Below are positions 1 to 7,289 of a stretch of DNA of 14,276 nucleotides, piece after piece. Position numbers and translations under genes: made by a program. The notes under the pieces are model-generated. The model saw nothing but the letters and a program-made list of their open reading frames with translations. It ran no database searches and was not told the DNA's origin. Source of the stretch: a candidate division WOR-3 bacterium (lineage in GTDB: Bacteria; Hydrothermota; Hydrothermia; JBDRYB01). The stretch spans positions 1-14,276 of the forward strand of contig JBMFOM010000050.1 in NCBI GenBank assembly GCA_049969615.1, read 5' to 3'. Each line of letters starts with the position of its first letter. The first letter of the stretch is position 1.

Positions 1-1
1 A

Positions 2-142
2 ATACTAGCCTCTACCAACGATGTCTTTAACGAGCCAGCCCTGACCGCGGCCAGGGCTTGTATTTTCAGGCCCGGCCAGATGGGAGATAGGGCGGTAAAG
101 GTTAGGGTCAATATACCCTTCGCATTCAAGCTCAGACAGTGA
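2..142 (+). CDS. Energy transducer TonB family protein, C-terminal domain (5'-truncated by window edge)
   Basis: Manual translation of frame +2 gives ILASTNDVFNEPALTAARACIFRPGQMGDRAVKVRVNIPFAFKLRQ* (TGA 140-142). This fits the TonB_C pattern (F-x-x-x-A-L-x-A-A...F-x-P-G...V-x-V-x-x-x-I-P-F-x-F-x-L). Not in the supplied ORF track. Confidence 0.85.
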   Translation: MLASTNDVFNEPALTAARACIFRPGQMGDRAVKVRVNIPFAFKLRQ

Positions 143-269
143 GCCTTTTGGTCCAGGTTAGCGCATGAGCTGGGAAGGCCTTGCTGGTTTCTTTGTGGTT
201 GTGTTTATTTATTCATGTACATTATGAAACCTCTGAAAAATCAAGCCTACCCCAGAATAGGGTTATTGA

Positions 270-351
270 GAAGCTGTCTCAGATAAGATCCGCTCCGGGC
301 CCCATTCTTAGAATTCAGGGGCGTCAAAAAATCGTATTGTGAGACAGGCTC
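270..351. repeat. 82-bp element bounded by imperfect inverted repeats (MITE-like remnant or long hairpin)
   Basis: GAAGCTGTCTCA (270-281) versus TGAGACAGGCTC (340-351; reverse complement GAGCCTGTCTCA), 10/12 match. Internal GCCCC (299-303)/GGGGC (318-322) stem. No clear target-site duplication. Confidence 0.4.
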
Positions 352-393
352 GTTCTCTTGGACAAAGTGCTCCTCCCCCAAACCAGTAAGTTA

Positions 394-423
394 TTGCTAC
401 TTTATCAGGGATTTCATTATAAT
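394..423 (+). promoter_or_regulatory. Sigma70-type promoter of the arsR-like gene (probably leaderless)
   Basis: TTGCTA (394-399), 18 bp, TATAAT (418-423), then 6 nt to ATG at 430. No Shine-Dalgarno. Confidence 0.7.
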
Positions 424-429
424 ATTAGC

Positions 430-765
430 ATGAACGATCAAAATCTGGAGGGTTTGGTTGCTTTTCACAGGGCACTTTCTGATGAGACAAGGGTCAGGAT
501 AGTTAACCTCCTCATGGAATCCTCATTCTGCGTCAAGGAGCTGACCGAAGCCCTCGGAATAGCTCAATCAAGGGTTTCCCAGCACCTGAATGTCCTCCGG
601 CACGCTGGAATGGTTAGCGCTTCAAGGGCAGGAACATCCATGCGCTATGCCCTTGAGATGAAAGCCTTTCCGCCGGAGCTTTTTGATTGTGTTAAGAGGG
701 CAAGGTCCGGCTCTGAGACCCTCACGCGAGATATAGAGAAGGCAAAGGCCTTGATCCGAAGTTAA
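430..765 (+). CDS. ArsR/SmtB family winged-HTH transcriptional repressor (111 aa)
   Basis: RALSDETRVRIVNLL...CVKELTEALGIAQSRVSQHLNVLRHAGMV...RAGTSMRYAL is the canonical ArsR HTH. Start moved from TTG 358 to ATG 430 because the upstream extension runs through the promoter. Confidence 0.93.
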   Translation: MNDQNLEGLVAFHRALSDETRVRIVNLLMESSFCVKELTEALGIAQSRVSQHLNVLRHAGMVSASRAGTSMRYALEMKAFPPELFDCVKRARSGSETLTRDIEKAKALIRS

Positions 766-804
766 TTTTTGCATTATAATATTAGAATTAACTAATATAA
801 GGAG
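751..804 (+). promoter_or_regulatory. Promoter, putative ArsR operator and RBS of the oxidoreductase gene
   Basis: TTGATC (751-756), 18 bp, TATAAT (775-780). Perfect 7-6-7 inverted repeat ATATTAG-AATTAA-CTAATAT (779-798). AAGGAG (799-804) lies 6 nt before ATG 811. Confidence 0.75.
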
Positions 805-810
805 ACAGCC

Positions 811-3800
811 ATGAAGGCCATTACGAGAAAACAAAAGGCGTGGTTGGAGGAGCGCTTTGGCTCCCGTGTTAATTTTTCACGGCGGGAACGAAGCATGTAT
901 AGTCACGACATAGGTTCAATTCCGGGCATGGTCAGGCCTTTTATAGGCAAAACCATGCCACAGGCCGTTGTTCAGCCCGTATCCGAGGATGAGATAGCCA
1001 TTTTGGTCAAATGGGCGAGAGAGGAGGGAATACCACTTATACCGAGGGGAAAATCCACCTCCGGCTATGGCGGTGTCCTGCCAGTGAAAGGCGGTATAGT
1101 CCTTGACCTCATAAGGCTCCAGAAAGTCATCTCGGTTGATGGGGATGTTGTGACGGTTGAGCCGGGAATATCCTGGAAAAAGCTGGATGAGGCCCTGGCC
1201 GGTCAGGGTCTTACCCTGAGGCTTTATCCATCATCCTACCCATCCTCAACCGTTTGTGGATGGTTTGCTCAGGGCGGTGCGGGTTTTGGCTCCTGGAGAT
1301 ATGGCTGGTTTTCGGAGAATGTCCTATCCGCGAGGGTGGTTCTTCCCGATGGATCAGTCAAAGACCTCTCCGGAAAAGATCTGGGGCTGGTGGCCGATGC
1401 CGAGGGCACGACCGGAATAATAACGAGGCTCTCGCTGAGAGTGATGCCCAGGTTTGATCTAATGATCACGGCCATAGCCTTTGACAACCCGGCCGACGCG
1501 GCTGGTTTTATCAACTCTACTGGGATTGATGGGATATGGTCTCTTACCTTGATAAACCCTGAGATGGCGAGGCTCAGAAACATCGCTCCCCTCAGAACCC
1601 ACCACGGACACCCTGTTGAAGAAAGGGTGATGCTTCCGGAGAAATACACAGTGATCATCGCTCACGATATGAATCAAAACGTTTTCTTTGATCCAGCGAA
1701 GGCTCACCGTGGCGAGTTCCTCGCCCCTGAGATAGCCCACCACGAGTGGGAAGAGCGCTTCCACATAATGAAGATAAAACGTCTCGGGCCCTCTTTCATT
1801 CCGGCAGAGGTTGTCGTTCCACTCGGTGAGCTCGCGGCCACCCTCTCCGAGATTGAGAAAAGCCTTCCTTCTCTTGCAATAGAGGGAATGGGCGTATCCG
1901 GCAAGGAGATGGTCCTTCTAGGTTTTATTACCCATGATGAGAGACGCTTTTGGTTCAACCTAGCATACATCAACGCGATAACAGCGGTCAAGATAGCCCA
2001 GAGACACAAAGGAAGGCCCTATTCAACCGGAATCTACTTTACCCCGTGGGCAAGCGATATTATTGGGCGGGAGAGGCTTGAGGAAATAGTTGAGTTCAAG
2101 AATAGGCTTGATCCCTCCGGCATAATGAACCCCGGCAAGGTCACGGGTTCAAAGCTCTCTTGGCTTATGGGCCTTGCGAAGACGTTTGAGCCAATCGCAA
2201 AACCCTTTGCCATGATAGGTAGGCCCTCTCCGGCCGAGAGAATTGTTTCCAAGCCAAAAAGAGGCATACCGCCTGATGCCGCGTGGTATGCCTATTCGTG
2301 CTCTCAGTGTGGGTTCTGCGTTGATACCTGCGATCAGTTCTATGGGAGGATGTGGGAAAGCCAATCCCCTCGTGGGAAATGGTTCTTCATCAGAGAGCTC
2401 CTTGATGGCAAAGAGAAACTTGATCAGGAGGCCGTTAACACCTTCATGGTTTGCACCACCTGCGAATACTGCAATGTGATGTGTTCAGAAGGACTTCCCA
2501 TAGAACCCAGCTGGCTAAAGCTCAGGGGCCTATCAGTAGAAGAAAAGAAGATGATGACCATCCCGCCCTTTGAGATTATGGCCGCTTCGCTGGAACGCAA
2601 CTTAAACATCTGGGCCCATCTCAGGGAAAAGCGGGACGAGTGGGTTCCGGACGATGTCCGCCCGCTCATAAAGGACAAGGCTCCGGTGATGTATTTCGCT
2701 GGATGCACATCCTCATTCGTTGAAAAGGACATGGCCCAGGCCGCTGTCAAACTGCTTCGGGACGCGGGGGTTGAATTCACCACTTTGGGCAAGGACGAAT
2801 CCTGTTGCGGCCTGCCCATGCTGGTTGCGGGCAAGTGGAAGGAATTCGGTGATGTGGTAAGACACAACATTACCGAGGCCAAAAAGCGAGGCGTGAAGAC
2901 TGTGATAACCAGCTGTCCCGCCTGCTGGCTTTCTTGGCACACCTATTACAAGGATTGGGCGAAGAAGCTTGGGCTTGAATACGATTTTGAGGTCAAACAC
3001 TACTCGGAGGTTCTTGCCCCCAAGGCAAAGGAACTCGGTTTTGGGGAGGTTCGCGAGCGTGTGACCTTCCACGATTCCTGCCACATAGGTAGGGCCGGTG
3101 GTATCTATGAACCTCCGCGTGATCTCATCAAGGCCGTTCCGGGCCTTGATTTCCAGGAGATGCGTCATAACAGGGAATACGGGCTTTGTTGTGGTTCGGT
3201 TCTCACCCTCATATCAGATCCCCCCGTCGCGGCCGAGGTTGGCAGAGAGCGCCTTGAGGAGGCCGCCGAGATAAAGGCTGACAGAGTTTTAACCCTGTGT
3301 CCTTGTTGCAGGTTCCAGCTGACCGTTACAAAGGAAAGAAAGGGAATCCCGGCCGAGATAACTGACTTGGCAACATTCCTGGCCAGGGCAAAGGGCTACG
3401 AGATCAAGGAAGACAGGGATTACCTGCTCTCCTCCTGGGCAACCTTTGAGGCCATGATAATGCTCATGAAACCACAGAACATGGCCGCGCTTATGGCCGA
3501 GATGTTCCCTCAGATGGTTGATGCAATGCCATTTGGCATGGGCAAGATGATGAGGTTCCTGGGCAAACTTGGCCCGGTCGGCAGGGGGATACTTACTGCG
3601 ATGAAACCCATGTTCCCGGCCCTCTTCCCTGTGCTCCTGCCCATGATGATGCCGAAGCTTCATCCCACTATGATTGAGCTCATGGGCAAACGCGTCCCGA
3701 TGCCTGATTTCATGAGGGATCAAATGCCCGAACTCGTTCCAAAGGCCATGGGTAACCTGATGCCCCACCTGCTTCCGGATGTGGTTCCTCTGGTTTCCCA

Positions 3801-3843
3801 ACCCCTGGTTGATTATCTCACTGGACGAACGCAGGCCGCATGA
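811..3843 (+). CDS. FAD-binding (GlcD/VAO-type) plus 2x[4Fe-4S] plus 2xCCG (GlcF/HdrD-like) fused oxidoreductase with Met/Pro-rich C-terminal tail
   Basis: FAD_binding_4 motifs (PRGKSTSGYGG, VTVEPGI, AEGTTGIIT). FAD-oxidase_C end DPSGIMNPGK. Ferredoxin motifs CSQCGFCVDTC (from 2299) and CTTCEYCNVMC (from 2452). CCG domains FAGC...CCG...CPAC and HDSCH...CCG...CPCC. Good RBS. Confidence 0.9.
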   Translation: MKAITRKQKAWLEERFGSRVNFSRRERSMYSHDIGSIPGMVRPFIGKTMPQAVVQPVSEDEIAILVKWAREEGIPLIPRGKSTSGYGGVLPVKGGIVLDLIRLQKVISVDGDVVTVEPGISWKKLDEALAGQGLTLRLYPSSYPSSTVCGWFAQGGAGFGSWRYGWFSENVLSARVVLPDGSVKDLSGKDLGLVADAEGTTGIITRLSLRVMPRFDLMITAIAFDNPADAAGFINSTGIDGIWSLTLINPEMARLRNIAPLRTHHGHPVEERVMLPEKYTVIIAHDMNQNVFFDPAKAHRGEFLAPEIAHHEWEERFHIMKIKRLGPSFIPAEVVVPLGELAATLSEIEKSLPSLAIEGMGVSGKEMVLLGFITHDERRFWFNLAYINAITAVKIAQRHKGRPYSTGIYFTPWASDIIGRERLEEIVEFKNRLDPSGIMNPGKVTGSKLSWLMGLAKTFEPIAKPFAMIGRPSPAERIVSKPKRGIPPDAAWYAYSCSQCGFCVDTCDQFYGRMWESQSPRGKWFFIRELLDGKEKLDQEAVNTFMVCTTCEYCNVMCSEGLPIEPSWLKLRGLSVEEKKMMTIPPFEIMAASLERNLNIWAHLREKRDEWVPDDVRPLIKDKAPVMYFAGCTSSFVEKDMAQAAVKLLRDAGVEFTTLGKDESCCGLPMLVAGKWKEFGDVVRHNITEAKKRGVKTVITSCPACWLSWHTYYKDWAKKLGLEYDFEVKHYSEVLAPKAKELGFGEVRERVTFHDSCHIGRAGGIYEPPRDLIKAVPGLDFQEMRHNREYGLCCGSVLTLISDPPVAAEVGRERLEEAAEIKADRVLTLCPCCRFQLTVTKERKGIPAEITDLATFLARAKGYEIKEDRDYLLSSWATFEAMIMLMKPQNMAALMAEMFPQMVDAMPFGMGKMMRFLGKLGPVGRGILTAMKPMFPALFPVLLPMMMPKLHPTMIELMGKRVPMPDFMRDQMPELVPKAMGNLMPHLLPDVVPLVSQPLVDYLTGRTQAA

Positions 3844-3871
3844 CGCGCTGGGTTGATGCATGGAGGTTCAA

Positions 3872-4549
3872 TTAAAGCGCTCTTAGTTTCCCGTCCTCCA
3901 GTTTGTATGACCTCGTGAAGAAGGGGATAAAGGCCTCATTGTGGGTTACCATAATTATTGTCAGGGATTGTATCCGGTTTAGGGAGGACAGCAGTTCCAT
4001 AAGCTTCATACCAGAGGCCTTGTCCAGGTTACCGGTTGGCTCATCCGCCAGGACAACAGAGGGGCCATTGACCAGTGCTCTTGCTACTGCGACCCGCTGG
4101 CTCTCCCCGCCAGAGAGCTCCTTTGGAAGGTGGTGCGCCCTATCAGCTATTCCGACAGCTTCAAGCAGAGCGAGCGCGCGTTCGGCTATTTCTTTTTTTG
4201 GTCTCCTGGTCAGGAAACCCGGTAGCATTACATTTTCAAGCGCTGTGAGGTCAGGCAAGAGGTGATGGAACTGAAATATGAAGCCTATCTCCCTGGACCG
4301 GAAATCCGAGAGCTCCCTATCAGACATCCTTGAATAGACCATCTGGCCAAGCTGGACATCCCCCAAGGATGGCGTGTCAAGGGTTCCAAGTATGTTAAGG
4401 AGGGTCGTTTTCCCGGAGCCGGATGGTCCAGTTATTCCCACGAATTCACCGAAATTCACCGTGAGATCAAGACCGTTGATGACCGTCAGCTCCTCGTGTG
4501 GCCCCCCGTATACCTTTGTTATGCTTTTTGCTATCAGTAGTTCGCTCAT
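3872..4549 (-). CDS. lolD: Lipoprotein-releasing ABC transporter ATP-binding protein
   Basis: Walker A GPSGSGKT, GFIFQFHHLL (LolD motif), LSGGESQRVA signature, LADEPTGNLD, VTHN. 4-bp overlap with the upstream permease. Confidence 0.88.
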   Translation of the reverse strand: MSELLIAKSITKVYGGPHEELTVINGLDLTVNFGEFVGITGPSGSGKTTLLNILGTLDTPSLGDVQLGQMVYSRMSDRELSDFRSREIGFIFQFHHLLPDLTALENVMLPGFLTRRPKKEIAERALALLEAVGIADRAHHLPKELSGGESQRVAVARALVNGPSVVLADEPTGNLDKASGMKLMELLSSLNRIQSLTIIMVTHNEAFIPFFTRSYKLEDGKLRAL

Positions 4550-5751
4550 CTTCCCTTTGTTATTGCCTCCGCGGGTTGGAGCCTCGCGGCCCTCATTGCC
4601 GGAATGAGCGCGGCACAGAATGCTATTGCCAGCGCCGCGATCACTATGTAGATTATATCCGAAACCTGGATCAGGACGGGCAATCTGTCTATGAAATACA
4701 CATCAGGCGGGAGTTTTATTATCTGAAAACGCTCCACCAGCGCGGATATTCCGAGGCCAACCCCTGTTCCCAAGGCAGTCCCAAGAAAACCCAGCAGGAG
4801 TCCCAGGGTTATGAAAACCCTTGCCACCGAGCGTCTTGTCATGCCCAGTGAACGCAGAACGCCTATTTCCCAGGTTTTTTCAACGGCCAGGGTCGTCAGG
4901 GTTGTTATGATATTGAAGGCGGCTACCAGGACTATGAGGACTAGTATGATATACATGGCCAGCTTCTCCAGCTTTAGCGCGGAAAAAAGCGAATAGTTCA
5001 TCTGTATCCATGAAAGCACCCTGTATTCCCCGCCGAGCGCCTCGTTGATTTTCTTGGCATATACCTGCGCGTTGTATGGGTCATCCACAATTACCTCCAC
5101 CCCTGTGACTCCCTTCATGTTAGCCAGTTGAGCGAGCTCCCTGGTATCCATGAACGCGAGGTTCTCGTTATAATCAAACAAGCCCGCGTCAAACACCCCT
5201 GAGACCACAAAGGCCCTTGTCCTGAACGCTGGGCCTATTGGTGTTGCTTCTGTCCCGCCGTAGAAGATCACCGTGTCTCCGACAAATGCGCCGAGGCGCT
5301 GGGCGAGTCCGATCCCGAGAACAACCTGTCTTCCATCCAGGTCAAAGGTTCCAAACTTGATCCTCTGCTGGATGTCCTCAAGCCCAATGCTAATCCCTGG
5401 CTCCACGCCTTTGACTACTATGCCGTCCGCCACTGTTTTCCGCTTGATTATGAGCTTCGTGAATATGTATGGGCTGGCGCCTTTGACTCCGCCCACTTCC
5501 CGTATCTTCTGGGCCACGGAGTCGGAGTTTGTCATGTCCCCTATGTATGGAATGACGACAAGGTGAGGGTTGAACCCCAGGATGCGCTTCTTGAGCTCCT
5601 CCTGGAAACCAGACATCACCCCTATTACCACTATCAGGGACGCGACGCCAAGTCCTATTCCCAGCACAGCGAATGACGAGAAGAACGAAAGAACTCCTCT
5701 CCTGGTTGCCTTCAGGTATTTCCAGACTATCAGTAGTTCAGCGCGGGTCAT
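4546..5751 (-). CDS. Lipoprotein-releasing ABC transporter permease, LolC/E family
   Basis: [32 protein letters not shown] N-terminus; [56 protein letters not shown]. Lies between lysS and lolD. Confidence 0.93.
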   Translation of the reverse strand: [401 protein letters not shown]

Positions 5752-7208
5752 TTCACCCTCAGTTGGGGAAACGCTATCACATCCCTTATGGATGCCCGGT
5801 CCGTGAGTATCATCGTCACCCTGTCCATGCCTATGCCTATGCCTCCCGTTGGCGGCATTCCTCTTTCCAGTGCGGTGAGAAAATCCTCGTCAACCTCCGA
5901 GGGCAGTTCCTCATCCCGTAGGGCCGCATCCCGTTCCATGTTCTCTCTTTGGATTATGGGGTCGTTGAGCTCGGTGAACGCGTTGGCCACCTCGGTCCCC
6001 ATCACGAAGAGTTCAAACCTCTCAACCAGGCCCTCCCTCTCCCTGTGAGGCTTTGCCAGCGGGCTCATTATCCGAGGGTGATCGCAGACAAACGTCGGGT
6101 CTGTTATGTGATCCCCAACCGTGATGTCAAAGAGCTTGTCTAGGAGCTTTGCCCTGTGAAGGTTATGTGGGTTTTCAATGCCGTGGTTTTCGGCTGATTT
6201 TACTAGGTCGCTGTCTGTCGCTTCCATCACATCAAGTCCCAGCGCCCCTGATAAAGCGGTCGTGTAGTCCAGCCTCTTGAATGGCCTGGCGAAAGACAGC
6301 CCCTTGCCCTGATACTGGATGGTCTCTGAACCCGCTATTTCCAAGGCCAACCGGCTCAGGAGCTCTTCCGCAAGCTCCATCATGTCGTTGTAATCCCAGA
6401 ACGCGGCGTATGCCTCCAACATTGTGAATTCGGGATAGTGTGTCCTGTCTATTCCCTCGTTCCTGAAGTCCTTGCATATCTCAAAGACCCGCTCGTATCC
6501 CGCTACCAGCAATCTTTTGAGGTATAGCTCGTCAGCTATCCTTAGAAAGAGCTCCGCGTCCAGGGCCCTGCTCCTGGTCCTGAAGGGCCTCGCGGCCGCT
6601 CCGCCATAGACTGGCTGGAGGGTTGGGGTTTCAAACTCGGTGAAGCCCTTCTCACCGAAAAATTCCCTGGTCAGGTGGATTATTCTTGCCCTTTTCAGGA
6701 ATGTTTCCCTCTCGGTAGGGTTTGCTATGAGGAACAAGGGCCTGTCCCTGTAGGCCAGCTCAGGGTCCCTTACGCCGTGCCACTTTTCCGGCATGGGCAG
6801 GAGGGCCTTTGAGAGGAGTTCGTATCTCTTTACCCGGATGGTCTTCTCGCCGGTCTTGGTAGTAAATGGCGCCCCGGTTATGCCGATAAAATCACCTGGG
6901 TCAAAATACTTGTCAAAGAACTTTACGGGGTTCTCGTTCTCAATGGGAGATTCCGTTTCTGTATCAAGATAAATCTGAACCTCTCCGCTCTCGTCCCTGA
7001 TGTGCGCGAAGAGTATTTTGCCGAACCTGCGCTTGATGAGCAATCTGCCAGCGACTATGACCTCCTTGTCCTTCAGCTCATCATAGCGATTGAGAATGTC
7101 CCGGGTCAGCTGAACGCGCGGGAAGGAGTGTGGATAAGGGTTTATGCCTAGTTGCTTAAGTTCCCTGAGTTTGGCGAGCCTGACCCAATATTCCTGGGGT
7201 TTTTCCAT
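5748..7208 (-). CDS. lysS: Lysine--tRNA ligase, class II
   Basis: GINPYP N-terminus, OB-fold, LPMPEKWHG, ETPTLQPVYGGAAARPF, LRIADELYLKRLLVAG, motif 2 FRNEGIDRTHYPEFTMLE, motif 3 GMPPTGGIGIGMDR. ATG 7208 is preferred over TTG 7217, which directly abuts a TATAAT box. Confidence 0.97.
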   Translation of the reverse strand: MEKPQEYWVRLAKLRELKQLGINPYPHSFPRVQLTRDILNRYDELKDKEVIVAGRLLIKRRFGKILFAHIRDESGEVQIYLDTETESPIENENPVKFFDKYFDPGDFIGITGAPFTTKTGEKTIRVKRYELLSKALLPMPEKWHGVRDPELAYRDRPLFLIANPTERETFLKRARIIHLTREFFGEKGFTEFETPTLQPVYGGAAARPFRTRSRALDAELFLRIADELYLKRLLVAGYERVFEICKDFRNEGIDRTHYPEFTMLEAYAAFWDYNDMMELAEELLSRLALEIAGSETIQYQGKGLSFARPFKRLDYTTALSGALGLDVMEATDSDLVKSAENHGIENPHNLHRAKLLDKLFDITVGDHITDPTFVCDHPRIMSPLAKPHREREGLVERFELFVMGTEVANAFTELNDPIIQRENMERDAALRDEELPSEVDEDFLTALERGMPPTGGIGIGMDRVTMILTDRASIRDVIAFPQLRVK

Positions 7209-7217
7209 CAGACCCAA

Positions 7218-7223
7218 ATTATA
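7218..7223 (-). promoter_or_regulatory. Putative -10 box for lysS-lolC/E-lolD
   Basis: Minus strand reads GG-TATAAT-TTGGGTCTG-ATG, a perfect -10 located 9 nt before ATG 7208. No SD and no clear -35. Confidence 0.5.
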
Positions 7224-7289
7224 CCGTAGGGGCAGTTCCCTGTGCCTGCCCAGCCATGGGCTGTTAATTTGACCGGTGCCAGGTGTGTT

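Noticed and set aside
358..429. 24-aa N-terminal extension of ArsR from TTG 358
   Set aside because: It runs through the -35/-10 promoter and is not ArsR-like; ATG 430 gives a normal-length protein.
3841..3871. Possible selenocysteine or readthrough at the oxidoreductase TGA
   Set aside because: No SECIS-like hairpin follows, the position is not catalytic, and readthrough would run antisense into lolD.
7230..7263. Short GC hairpins GGGCAG/CTGCCC and CAGCC/GGCTG upstream of lysS as terminator, T-box or riboswitch
   Set aside because: No U-tract, far too short for a T-box or lysine riboswitch, and upstream of the predicted TSS.
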